From Octopus vulgaris (taxonomy: Eukaryota), in contig OX597825.1 in assembly GCA_951406725.2 (NCBI GenBank), positions 42,098,001 through 42,162,000 on the forward strand: DNA of 64,000 nucleotides, in the 5' to 3' direction. How positions within the stretch are numbered: the stretch's first letter is position 1; every line of letters begins with the position of its first letter. This document shows positions 36,310 through 49,596 of this stretch, piece by piece. Below the pieces are notes generated by a model, which was given only the letters and a program-made list of their open reading frames with translations, was not told the origin of the DNA and ran no database searches. The position numbers and the translations under genes are program-made.

Positions 36310-37629
36310 GAACACGGACCCAACTTAGAAACGCACTCCTAAAAGATCTACAGCGTTCACATCAACAGCCATTGAATTCATATGCTTTGTGACGTTCAAC
36401 TTGTGTTGGAGGTGCTGGTCTGGAGCACCACTGGCAATTAGAAGGTCATCGACGTATACGAAGACAAAGTCTAACCCACAAACGACCTCATTAATGAACC
36501 TTTGGAATGTGCTGGCTGCATTGTGAAGACCAAACGTCATAGACAAAAATTCAAATGCTCAAAAAAGCATGGTGTTGGCTGTCTTTGGAATGTAGTCAGG
36601 GTTGACAGGGATTTGATGGTACGTGCATACCAAGTCGATTTTAGTAAAAATCTTACAGCCGTGCAGGGTGGACCCGACTTATAAACGCATTACTAAAAGA
36701 TGTACAGCGTTCACGTCAACAGCCATTGAATTCATATGCTTGCGACGTTCAACTTCAGGACTGCCTCTACATTATCATCCATCACAAGTGAAAAGCTAAG
36801 AAAATTTTTCCACGTTAAAGCTTTTCATTTTCTCCATGACTTCTAGAGCCTATAACTAAAGACTTCTTTGTAGTTTTACGCACAAACAAATTCATGGTTA
36901 TTTCATCCTAACAACTTCTTGGCAGTTTACTTCATGTTTCACGAGACATCAATTCATTCTTACACAGCATCCTCTACTTGCTGAAAATAGCAGTAAAATG
37001 CAGAATTACATTTCAGATACTGCTGATGTACTTTCCTCGTCATCGTGTCTTCTCTACCAAGCAGGAACATCACATCATTTTTCCCTACCTGCCAGGCATG
37101 AGTTTCTCTCTCTCAACCCTTCCTGGATCATCTATGTGTTGGTCATTATTTTGTTCTTTATCCATTGGTAAGAACTTCTCCCAATTCATCCTTGGCTACT
37201 AAAAAAATTCCTAGTTCGATGCTCGCCGTTTCTTTCAACTAGGGTATTTGACTGCTATCTCTAGCAGCGTTTCTTTTAACCAGCTTGTTCTTCGTGGCGT
37301 TCCATTTCCTATTACCATCTGAAGATGAGTCCTTTTCCCTTGCCTCAAGCTGCTTCTTCGTCTTCCTCATGATTTTGTACTTCTGCTCCAGACGACACAC
37401 AATCCTCCTAAATGTTACGGACCATTGGAGAACTGACCCATCAGGTTTCACGCATGTGCAGGAACCATTTGTCTTCATGGAATTATTCTGCAGGGAGGAC
37501 CAGGCACTGCTCTTTCTCATGCGGACACGCACTTCCTGCTCCATCAATTTGTTGGTTCCATAGGAAATTCAAGGACCAGGCCGAAAAGTGTACACAGCCC
37601 TGCTCTTTCTCTTTTCAGGGAAACTAGAC

Positions 37630-40500
37630 CAGGAGGCACTGGGCACGTCAGTTGTCTCCCCCATTGATTCACCTTACCGTGCATATTTTATCCGAGATGC
37701 TATTTCTTCAAAGTCCTTTATGGTGGACACAGGAGCCAGTGTTATTATCTGGCCTCAAATGCTTACTTCCACCAATCCTGGCCTTTCTGACATATCTCTC
37801 TACGTAGTGAATCATTCCACCATTAAAACCTACGGACAAATCTCTCTTACCCTGGATTTATCATTCCATAGGGATTTCAAGTAGATGTTCATCACTGCAG
37901 ACCTGCCATATCCCATCCTTCTTACATCGCTATTCTCTCCTTGTTGACATTAGAGGATACCAGCTTATTGATGATACTATCTCACTTACAATCTCCAGAA
38001 AGGATTCTACTGTTCCTGTAGTGAACCCTTCTTTCTTTATGGCTTGTTCAGGTGACCTTACCACCAGTTACTCACTTTGTCTCAAAAGTTGTCAGATTAG
38101 TGATTTCATCCGTCGAATCCAGCCCATTCCACGAGACATTTCATCACCATTAAGGGACCTCCAATTTTTCCCGATTGCACCGTTTGCCTCCAGAGAAACT
38201 CCAGATCACCCAGGCTGCAGTTGAACTCATGCTCCAGCTTGGCCTCATTTGTCCTTCCATCAGCCCATGGGCAGCACCTTTACACATGGCCAGGAAGAAT
38301 GAAGCTGATTTTTGACCGGTTGGAGATTTTAGACGTCTTAACACTGTCACTATGGCAGATCGTTATCTGCTACCAAATGTGCAGGGATTTTCGTCTGCCC
38401 TGCATGTCTAAGACTTTTTCTAAAATCGACTTGGTATGCACGTACCATCAAATCCCTGTCAACCCCGATGACATTCCAAAGACAGCCAACACCATGCCTT
38501 TTTGAGCGTTTGAACTTTTGCCTATGTCTTTTGGTCTTTGCAATGTTGCCAGCATATTCCAAAGGTTCGTTGATGAGGTCGTCCGTGGGTTAGACTTTGT
38601 CTTCATATACGTCAATGACCTTCTAATTGCCAGTGATACTCCAGACCAACACCTCCAACACTTAACCCAACTGTTCAAGTGACTACATTCCTATGATGTG
38701 AAGATCAATCCAGCTAAATATATATTTAGTTCAACCAGTTTGGAATTCTTGGGGAATCTCATTGACGCTGACGGTATTCGTCTGCATTCCTCTAAGGTCG
38801 AAACCATCAAACGCTAGTTTCTTCCTGTTCCCTTAAAGCAGCTCAATTATTATCATCATTTCATTCCTAACTGTGCAGAGAAGTTGCTTCTCTTGACCCA
38901 GCTTTTGAAACATCAACAGGAAAAAGACTCCCCAATAACGCTGTCTCCTACAGCCATCCAAGTTTTTGAATCTGTCACAGCTAACCTGGTCCAAGCATCC
39001 TTCCTCGCTCACCCTGTTGAGATGCAAAATTGTCACCCACTGTAAACGTGTCATCACCTGCTATTGCCACAGTTTTAGAGTAATTTATCAACAGCCATTG
39101 GCTTTCTTTTCTTGCCAATTGAAAGATGTCGAACCGAGATACAGTGTGTTTGGTAACTCTTAGCAATTTATCTAGCAGTGGAGTATTTCTCTCATCTTCT
39201 CGAAGGTAGAGATTTCATGATTTTCACCGACCACAAATCAATAACATTTGCTCTTTTTGCGAAAACGGACCAGTACTCATCCAGAGAAACAACGCATTTG
39301 GAGAAACAAAGCATATAACAATAGGACAAAATTTATCATGTTTACTCTCAACCGAATATCACAGTTCACTAGTGACATTCGGCACATCGCTTGCACTGAC
39401 AACATCCCCATCAATGCCTTATCTCACCTGCCTGTTGGTGCATTGTCGTTTCCTGCTTTGATTGATTTGGTTGCTATGGCAACTGACCATCCCTCCTTGG
39501 ACTCTCTGAACGCCTCTTCACCACAGTTTGAATACCTGCCTCTGCCTTTTTTTGAAGGAGCTATTCTCTGTGATGTTTCTACTGGGTCACCCTGACCCTT
39601 TATTCATGAACATCACCGTTCTGCTGTTTTAGAAGCACTGCATTCACTGTCACACACCGGCATTGTGGTCACAGTAAAGCTTATCTCGGCCCGTTTTTCT
39701 GGCCGAATATGCATTGGTGTATTACTGCTTGGTCACGTGACTGTCTACCATGTCAGCGTTCTAAGGTGCACCGTCACATGAGAGCACCTCTTGGGCACTT
39801 CCAGTCACCGGACACCAGGTTCCATCACATACACATCGACCTGGTTGGTCCTTGGCTAGTCAGTTGCAGATATACTTATATATTGACCTGCACTGACCGC
39901 TTCTCTAGATGGCCTGAGGCCATCCCTCTTGTGGACATTTCCACGGAAACAGCCGCCAGAGAACTCATCTCTGGGTGGATATCTCGCTTCGGAGAGCCCT
40001 CTAGAATTATTACTGATCGTGGACGCCAATTTGAAGCTTGTCTGTTCCGTGAGCTTTCGAGATTGCTCGTTGTTCAGCACATCCACACTAGTTACCATAC
40101 TACCACGAATGGATTGGTGGAACGATTCCACCGCCAGCTTAAAGCCACTGTTGGTGCTGCTCCTGATCCTCATCTTTGGTCCGAGTTTCTCCCCATTGTT
40201 TTGCTGGGGTGCCACTCAGCTGTCAAAGAAGATTTAGGCTACTCCTCTGCTGAGTTCCTGTATGGCACCACTTTAGCACTTTCTGGACAAATGTTGGCAC
40301 CCGTCGACTTATCGGATGTGGATCCCACATCTTACATCACGCGTCTGATGTAAGGTCATTCTTTGCTGACCTGCCACCAATACTTCCTCGCACCCAATCT
40401 ATTTCTTCTACAGTACCTCTGGATATTTCTACTTGGGCTCATGTGTTTGTAAGAAATGAGGATGTCAAGGGACCGCTTACACCACCCTACACTTGTCCTA
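37630..40500 (+). pseudogene. gypsy pol (protease, RT, RNase H, integrase)
   Basis: FMVDTGAS; DFRRLN, FSKIDL..YHQIPV and YVND (38608-38619); FTDHK; integrase H..H..CLPC and HIDLVGP/TDRGRQF/NGLVERFHR. Confidence 0.92.
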
Positions 40501-40584
40501 TCACGTTCTTAGAAGCACACATCTGTGCCCTCCTATTGCACACATTCTTCTCCTACCTTACTCTTATTTGACCGCTTCAGGTCT

Positions 40585-40598
40585 AAGGGGGGAGGGGA
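40585..40598 (+). promoter_or_regulatory. Polypurine tract
   Basis: aaggggggagggga directly before the TG of the 3' LTR. Confidence 0.85.
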
Positions 40599-41039
40599 CT
40601 GTAGGTGCAGCTACCTCCCTTGACAGCAGCTGTTTAAACAAGCTCACAACTAGATGGTGCAAGAGCGGTTAGGTGCTGACACTAAGCCTTGGCATTTCCT
40701 CTTACACAATGAGACACCAGACTGTGAAGACATGACCTAGCTACAACACACACCAGCTAGCAGACATGAAGTAATGCACAGAAGATGAGCATGGCCTCCA
40801 CACATCAAACTCTTTCCATTATTATTCAACTTGTATATATTTGAGACCGAGAGTAAATGTATTTACAGTTACAGCCTCATTCTAGGAATTCATTGTAATG
40901 TGTTCCTTTACCAAATGATTTTACAACCTTCTGAGTGGAGTCATCATTAGATGGTTCCACAATCTGAGAACACCACCATCTAAACCATAACTACAGGATA
41001 TACTTTTTTGTCAGTTCTGTACATCCTGAGAAGCTAAAA

Positions 41040-43080
41040 ACTAAAATGAAACCCATTTTCTGCTTCTTTCCTATCATCTGTGTCCATTGTTTTAACCAAA
41101 ACCTCATACATCCCTTCCAACATGAAAACCACTCAACCCATTCTGCTACATGGCATAAACCTTTCAGCCTCTATTGACAGTCTATCTCAACTAGCCAGGC
41201 AGCACTCAGTCAAACCTCACTCTGAAAGGTGGTGTATGCAGATATGTAGTTTCCACTCTCTTTACCATTAACTCTCCAACCAAAAATGGTTTCCAATTAT
41301 TCACACTCAAAATCTTTCTTCCCACTTCTTTAAATACATTTGCTTTGTCTGCAAATCTCTAAACACCTAAAACGTTTTGACCATATCATATCTGTTTTAC
41401 ATTAAGGACATTATATTTCACCTTTTCTCTCTCTGAAGTCATCATCCTTGGTGACTTCAATTTTCCTGTGATGTTACTCTCACTCTATAATGATGCTGCC
41501 AGCAGTATGAGTAGAGAGTACTTAGTAACATAAGACATACTTTTCCTCAGATAACTAGAAATCTTTCTCAGTCTTTAACTTTCTACATCACCCAATTTCA
41601 CTCTTTACATATGTCCCTAACTGACATACTGACACTCCTAAGCTCCTTGATCTTGTTCTCACTTCAAATAAACCACTTTGCTCTATCAGGTTCTCTAATC
41701 AATACCTCTAGCCATATCTACTCACTACACACTCACATACAATACAGTTCCTTCAGCGTAATTGACTGCATAGCACTTCAAGATGTCTGAATAGTTGAAA
41801 CACAACCAGTCCTAAGCTATTTAAAGGAATACAAGTGATTCCTTCCTGAACTATCAGAGACAGTTGGCTGAGTGACTGTTAACAACCTGTTAGGCATATC
41901 TCTTCTCTTCTCCACACTACAAAACCCCATAGCTCAGTATCTCCAGGTGTTTCACTCATAGCCCAGTTGCAATTCAAGGCAAATGATATGATCAGCAACA
42001 CTAGATGAAAATTAGCTCATCCTATTAATTGGACAGCTTTTAATCCCATCATACAACTCCTGATTAACCATCATCTGAACTGTGAAGGGTATCCCTCAAC
42101 CTCCCCGGTCTTCTCAAAAAGCCAATTCATTTAGTCTTTTGATACATTTTGATACTTCTGTCAACTTTAAAATCTCCTTTATTCTTCTACTTTTCAGTTG
42201 TGATGGTTCTTTGAACACTACTCCCCAGGAAAAAGCTTCCACATATACATGCCAAGTGCAAAAGTCATCTGGTCATTTCAAACAAATAAGACCTTCAGTC
42301 TTGTCAAAGTCCTTCTCTTAACAATGACCATCACCATCCCAGTTAGCTCCCACTCTCACCAAACTCTTCAGTCTCTCTACCTCTTCTTAACGACCATCTG
42401 TATGGTTTTCATAAAGCCAGATCAGTCAGAGACTTAAAATCACATGTCCCTCACCCTCAAACTTCCATTTATGAGAAATCTGGAGAAAGTAGTCGTGTAA
42501 CACTCTTTATCAGCGAAACTTTTGACAGTGTCCTGTACATGATTCTTCACTCAAAATTACACACCTATGAGTTCTATTTGTTTCTCATCTCTTGGTTCAA
42601 GGATTTCCTATCAGATTGTATATGTATACCACTGAAGGAGTCCTCTCTGACCCACACTCTGTCAACTCTGGTATGTTCTGCTCTAGTGTTCGATTGTGTC
42701 CCTCATGTTTTTGCTCCTCTATATCAGCGGTCTACTCTCCATAAACTACAACAAAATTTATTCGTAAACAGATGATTCCAAACTTCTGCACCCACTCATC
42801 ATTTGCATGTACTCTTACTCTGTTTCATAACAGACGCCATGTCAAGAAAACCCAGTCACTGCATATTTCAAGAAATCCTTAATGCATACTGCCTCATTTA
42901 AACATAACAAAACAGTAGAGAACACTTAGAATATTAGGTTCTGCTATCAGTAAAAACTTTTTTTGCAAACAGCTATCTTTATCATAGCATCTAAAATATT
43001 GATCTCCCTCTTCAGTGCTTGCAAACACTTTTGACCCATCAACTAAGAACCTTCTACAAAACTCAGGTGAGATCTGAGAC
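41040..43080 (+). mobile_element. Degraded CR1/L2-type LINE (APE plus RT)
   Basis: KGGVC, EVIILGDFN (~41435), LLDLVLTS, ETFDSV...ILHSKL..SWFKDFLSD. A related APE piece lies at ~35740-35900. Confidence 0.65.
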
Positions 43081-43249
43081 TCCTAGTAATTGTGGGGTTG
43101 AACTAATCAGTTATTTTGGATTAAGCCCATACATAACTATAGGGGGAACTCAGCCAGCATGTGTAGACCTTGAGTAAATTACATTTCGAAATTACTTCTC
43201 TGCTGCGATTATACCAATGTAAATGGTGAAATACATTGAGGAAATAAAT

Positions 43250-43720
43250 GTCAAGAAAGCATAGATGTTTAGCTCTCAAATTTGAAGTAGGAAGAGCAGT
43301 GCTTCCAGGATGTATTCTATCATTTCTCTTGCTTAGAGTTCAAATAAAATATATCATGCGGGAAACAATCAGAGATGACAGTTAAGAATGAATGAATTTA
43401 TGGAAAGTATTTGGCAGCTTAAGGTTATGCTGATGATATTGTTTTGCTTAGTTGTGAAACATCAAGAACACAAAGAATGATATAAAAGCAAGAGGAAATA
43501 GGCAAATGTGTAGGCTTAAACATAAACATAAATAAAAGTGAAATTAAGGAAACTGAGCTGGCAGTTAGAAGAAATGTGTCTGTAAATGCACACATACTAA
43601 AGTCTGAAAACAGGATATGTTATAATGTTTGTTTCTGATGGATGAAATAAGAATATTCAAAGATGTGTTGAAAGTTAGAATGGCTTAACTTTATACTCTG
43701 TAATAAAATTGGAAGTAATG
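43250..43720 (+). mobile_element. RTE-like RT fragment
   Basis: GYADDIVLL at ~43423 followed by VGLNIN..KS. Confidence 0.6.
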
Positions 43721-44941
43721 CTTGGATAGCACCTACAAAAGGAAATAGTGATAGAAAGGCCAGTGCTGGAAATATCTTTCAAAAGGCCATAAACCTAGTC
43801 TAATAATTTCTTGAAGTTTAGACAATTCTAGTTTAACAAAAATGAAGAGAATCAAAAACTTTAAATTACTTAAATGATTAATTTTTGTTCACAGAAACTA
43901 TTTAAACTATTAGTTTTTATTCACAGAAACAAGAGATGACTATAAAATTCAAATTAATTTGACTGGAGAATACCATATATACAAATGATATTTTTAAAAG
44001 TCTAATAAGTATGCACTAACTTACAAGGATTTGATTTAAAATGTTTCAGCAAATATATTCAGTTGGAGAAAAATTATTGCATTTACCAAGTGAACAATGA
44101 TTTGCACAAACAGAAAAAATCATATTTGTTTCAAGTAAATCAAATATGGTGAAAGATATATATAAAAAAAACTCCATTAGAAGTAGCAGTAAAATAAACA
44201 TGTGAACTTAAACACAAAGAAAAAAATAGAAAAATAAATTAAGGACACATACAAATATTTTTACTTACAACCTGAGTTGATACATTCATAAGTTCTCGAA
44301 AATTTCACAAAAAAATTTATAACTAACTTGCTTAAAATATGGGCCTTACTTTCTTTTATTAAAATGAACATGTAATTATGTAAATTGCAAGCGGGGAATT
44401 ACCTACTGAAGAGGAATGTGGTGTCATTGAAAGTTTGACAAAAGATTTATGATGAGTCATTTTATCTAATTAATACTAACAACATAATATTAGTAGATTT
44501 GTTTCTAAAAGGATTAGTGTAAATACAGAAAAGAAGGTTATGATTTTTTTTTTATAGAAACAGCAAAACAAATTACACTCCCTTTCATATATATATATAT
44601 GTAAATGTGTATGCTTAGACATATTGATATATGTATATTTGGGCATATGTAAAAAGTAAAAAGATGTATGTATATATCATTGCTATTATGTTAAATTGTC
44701 ATATATCCAAATTTGGCCAAATACGGTTTTTTTTTTCAATATTTACATTCATCCACACTTGTAATATTTCTACCTCTTGTCACTGTACATTTTTGCCGAT
44801 TAGAGTTTATCAATGCAGTACTTTAAAATTTTTATTTTTCTTCCCTACAAACATGTTTTGTATCCCACAATGTCTTGTCCATTCACCCATGTCAACACAG
44901 AGAAGAGATGTGAAAACAATAATGAAGTTTATATATATATG

Positions 44942-44981
<40 letters not shown>

Positions 44982-45005
44982 TCTTTTTCTCTCTCTCTCT
45001 CTCTC

Positions 45006-45043
<38 letters not shown>

Positions 45044-45192
45044 ATATATTCTTTTACTCTTTTACTTGTTTCAGTCAGTTGACTGTGGCCATACTGGAGC
45101 ACTGCCCTTAAGAATATATGTATCAATCTATCTATCTATCTATAAATATATATATATCTTAGAAGGTTTGGAGATGATGTACAGGTATTATA

Positions 45193-45465
45193 TATTAGAA
45201 TGAAATGAGGTACTTAGAAATCCGGATGGTTTTATATTTACAGATATTTATTTGTATATTACATGTCTGTATACATCATATATCATATATTAGCGCTTTC
45301 GTCCATTCTAGTGGAGTTTTCAAATTGAACTCAATTTGAAGACTCCACTAGAATGGACAAAAGCGCTAATATCAGATATATGATGTATAAAAACATTTAT
45401 CATACTAATAAATACCTGTAAATATAAAACCATCCGGATTTCTGAGTACCTCATTTCTTCTAATA
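45193..45465. repeat. ~270-bp palindrome of PLE pLTR-like sequence with hammerhead-like motifs
   Basis: Arms meet at caaattgaactcaatttg (~45329). Each arm carries ttgaa[ag]a-ctcca..tggac-[gc]aaagcgcta. Confidence 0.8.
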
Positions 45466-46229
45466 CACACACACACACACACACACACACACTCAAACAC
45501 ACACACATATGTATGTATATTATTGGTAAATTCTTACAGGTACTTCTAGAAATTTTTGTTGTGGGATTTTCAAGCAGCAAGCTATTGAAGTTGTTTGTTT
45601 CCTACATAATGGATTTGCCAGGCCTTAAAGGATGATTACATTTTCAAAGTGAAAAATTCAGTTTTTCATCATTTCTCAAACTACATAAACAGTAGCCACT
45701 TTCTTGCTTTTGAGTGTTTTAAGTATATAATACTGAGCACAAAAATGTAGAGGCGTATTAGATATATTAGACACAGTAGAGTGTCGACCTAAGGTCAGCA
45801 CATAATGATTAATAAGATGTATAATTTTTGGTATATACTACAATGTGTCCCTGGCAACAATATTTTAAATCTCATCAGCAAAACTACAAATGTGTGAATG
45901 AATAGATAAAAGTTATCCTGCATATAAAAATTAAATAGATGAGTGTGTGATCTATTTCCCAAGGTTTTTTCTTTTTGGCAACAAGTCAATTGTTTATGTT
46001 AATCACAACCGATGTTAATGTGTTGATGAATATTTCCACTTATATATCATTACACTGTTGCCATTCTTTTTCGATTGATTGAAAAATCAGCAGCATGAAA
46101 CTCAAATTAATGATGCAAGAAGCTTTAGCTTCACACATGACACACATACGAACACACACTCACACCCATGCATGCACGTGCACACACACACGCACACACA
46201 TATGAAGCTGAATAACAACAATGATAATA

Positions 46230-46440
46230 TTGGTTTCAAATTTTAGCACAAGGTCAGCAATATTGGGGAAGGAGCAAAGTCAAATTACATCAACCCCAGT
46301 GCTTGACTGGTACTTATTTAATCGAACCTAAAAGGATGAAAGGCAAAGTCAACCTTGGCAGAATTTGAACTCAGAACGTTAAGACAGATGAAATGCCATT
46401 AAGCATTTTGTCCTGCATGCTAACGATTCTACCAGCTCAA
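46230..46440 (-). mobile_element. SINE family B
   Basis: Reverse complement of 27885-28108. Confidence 0.75.
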
Positions 46441-46477
46441 CACTTTAGATAATTATAATAATATTACTAATTAATTT

Positions 46478-46830
46478 CCAGCCACATGGTTCCAGGTACA
46501 CTCCCACTGCGTAGCACCTTGGGCAAGTGTCTTCAACTATAGCTTCAGACCAGCCTTGTGAGTGGATTTAGTAGGCAGAAACTGAAAGAAGTTCATTATG
46601 TGTGTGTGTGTGTGTGTGTGCCTTTGTGTCTGTTCCTCCCCACCACTGCTTGAAAACTGATATTGGTATGTTTACATCCTTGTAACTTGGCACTTCAGCC
46701 AAAGAGACTGATAGACTAAGTACCAGGCATAAAAAGAAAATAAGTATTTCAGTCGAATAGTTCAACTAAAATTCCTCATGGCAGTGCCCCAGCATGGTTG
46801 CATTCTAATGACTAAAACATAATAAAAAAA
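46478..46830 (+). mobile_element. SINE family A
   Basis: ccagccacatggttccagg...cttgggcaagtgtctt...gccttgtgagtggattt...ccccagcatgg. Confidence 0.8.
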
Positions 46831-46899
46831 AGCAATAAAAAGACATGGAAATACATATTTATAGTTGAGTCATTCATGTCTTTAGAATACAGACTCTTA

Positions 46900-48192
46900 C
46901 GAGGGACGTTCAATAAGTAATGCCTCTGACCCACTTGCAATTGTTTGATCTCGCTGCAATTTTGCATGTGCAATCATTTATATCTCTATAGAGTAAGTGG
47001 CAATTTACAGCTCTGAATTAATTGTGGTTTCCGATTTACAGGTGTTTGAATCGAGTCAAGTGTGAAATGGAGCCTGTTGAGTGTCGAGCAGTGATCCGGT
47101 TTTTGTATTTGAAAGGACGCACACCACGGGAGACTTTTGATGAAATGAAAGTAACTTATGGTGATGATGCCCCATCATATGACCTTGTAAAACGCTGGTA
47201 TCGTGAATTCAAACATGGTCGGAACTCTATGGAAACAGCTCCCAGATCTGGTCGCCCCTTCTGCCATTGATGAGGCATCTGTCCGTCAAGTTGAGGCTGC
47301 CATTTTGGAAGATCGATGCGCATAACTATTCGCCAAATAGCCCATGAGGTCAAGATTAGTACCGGGTCTGTGGAAACTATCATTCATGACCATTTGCATA
47401 TGCAAAAGGTGTCTGCCAGATGGATTCCCAGGTTGCTCACGCCTTTCCAGAAGCAAGAACGCGTCGAGTGCTCAAGGGTGAATTTGGAGATGCGCCAAGA
47501 AGATGAGTCAAAATTTTTCAAAAGACTGATTACACAGGATTAAACCTGGGTCCATCACGATGATCCAGAGACCAAAGCCCAGTCAATGCAGTGGAAGCAC
47601 CATGACTCACCCCCTCCAAAGAAGGCAAGGGTGCAGCCCTCCGCTGGCAAGGTCATGCTCACAGTCTTCTGGGACCAGGACGGAGTAGTGATGACAGATT
47701 TCCTGGCAAAGGGTACCACAATTGCAGGAGCCTATTATGCTTCACTTTTGAGGAAATTAAGAGAAGTTATCAAAATCAAGAGGTGGGGCAAGATCAGCAA
47801 AGGCATCCTCCTCCTGCAGGACAACACTCCAGTCCACAACTCGCTTGTCGCCAGATCAGAAGCACAGGCATATGGCTATGAATTCCTCCCCCATCCCCCT
47901 ACTTTCCTGACCTTGCACCCTCTGATTTTCACCTCTTCCCAGTCATGAAGTTGTTTTTGAAAGGAAAGCATTTTCCAGATGATGCAGCCTTGATTTCTGA
48001 AGTCACGTTCAGGTTGGAGGACCAAGCTGGGGGTCTTCTACAAAAACGGTCTCCAGAGCTGCATCAAGCAATGGGAGAAATGCGTAACTCTGTGTGATTC
48101 CTATGTAGAAAAAGACTAATAACTGTGCCAAGTTTCGTTGCTCTACTGCTATGGGAAGTGGGTCAGGGGCATTACTTATTGAACGCCCCTCG
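46900..48192 (+). mobile_element. Full-length mariner (DD34D), 1293 bp
   Basis: TA duplication at 46898-46899 and 48193-48194. ~37-bp TIRs. Same family as 4867-5802. Confidence 0.96.
47067..48119 (+). pseudogene. Mariner transposase (frameshifts and stops)
   Basis: MEPVECRAVIRFL (HTH), RSGRP, WIPRLL, TQD*TW, MLTVFWD, LQDN and PDLAPSD. Confidence 0.93.
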
Positions 48193-48949
48193 TACCTATA
48201 TCTTTTACTTTTTACTCCTACCTTATATTGCTATGACCATCCCAACAATACCAAATCAGCACAACCTCTTTAGCAATAAAATGAATTTAGTTTTACTCAG
48301 TAAATGTTAAACTTTACAGACAAGTGAAGGTGAGAAGAGCCCCTCCTTCATATTGTGGATTGTGAGGAATACTTTCCTGTTCTTATTTCATAAAGTGGAT
48401 TAAAGGCAATGTTTATGCCAGAAGAATTTGAACTTGCAGTAGAGGAAGTAACATCAACTAATTCTAAAAAGTTTTTATCAAATCTGCTGAAAGACAAATA
48501 CAACATTTATAACATTCTAGGATATTTTAGCACAATGTTATTCTTAATGGAAATATTTCTCAATATACTGAAACTGGCCTGCTACCAGAGGACCACTCTT
48601 TCTATATCTCAGTGTGATCTGATTGTCACTTTACACTTCAATACCTTATTTCATTAGACATTCAACTCACAATTTCTTTCACCTAGCATTCAGCATCTAC
48701 ACTAGTGTCTGTCTATCATTAAATACCCTTACACATGCACATACATAGCTATGTGTGTGTGTATGTGTTTACATACACAAACATATACACATGCATTTAC
48801 ACAGCCACAGTCTAATGACTGACACAGACAAAAGATATATATATATATATATATATATGTATAAGGGTGGAAAGGAACACACGAGTTGATATATATGAAA
48901 AAACAAGTCAAAAATAGAAAATGCTAAGATAATTTTATAGTGAATCTTT

Positions 48950-48987
48950 CAGTACCGGTTTCGGTCATTTTGAGACCTTTTCAACTG
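48950..48987 (-). ncRNA. Minimal hammerhead ribozyme, U3:A8 core variant
   Basis: cag-UUGAAAA-ggtc(tcaaaat)gacc-GAAA-ccgg-UA-ctg. Confidence 0.65.
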
Positions 48988-49596
48988 TAACGATTAAATA
49001 ATTAAATTTAGAAAAATTAGAAGAAAAGATTTTTAAAAGAATATTTCTGTAGTAGTGTTCAGATATAAGTAGCATTCTGCCTTTCTCTGACTCCCTTGTT
49101 TGCACTTGTGTGTTCGAGGTCGTTTTGAGTTCTTGGTAGGATAGGTGAAGAATAAGGAGGCTGATGTGGAGAGGGGGTGGGGAAATCTGGGAATGCCTTA
49201 ATGGTCGTATTTTGAATGGTCAGTGGCTGACAGTAGTCGCAGTTCAATTCAGGAATTGTTTATGGAATTTGCGTAGGCGTTATACTGAAAGACATTAGTG
49301 ACAAGGTTAAGGGGTGGAAGGTGGAGAAGTAGAAGAAGAAGAAGATGACGATGTTGATGATGATGATGATGAAGAAGAAGAAGGAGAAGATGGTGGTGAT
49401 GATGGTGGTGATGATGATGATGATGATGATAATGATGATGATGAAGAAGAAGAGGAAGAAGAAGAAGAAAAAAACAGAGAAGGGAGAATATGAATGGGTG
49501 AAAGTATAGCTGTGATGGGGCTGATTAGTAATGGATTCTATAGAGTGTAATATTTGTGTGTGTATATATTTCTTTTATTCTAAAGTTGAGGTATAT

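Larger units (their letters stand above)
36120..40984 (+). mobile_element. Ty3/gypsy LTR retrotransposon, degraded, 5' LTR truncated
   Basis: Partial 5' LTR ~36135-36293 matches the 3' end of the 3' LTR 40600-40984 (TG start). PBS and PPT are present. Domain order gag-PR-RT-RH-IN. Confidence 0.92.
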
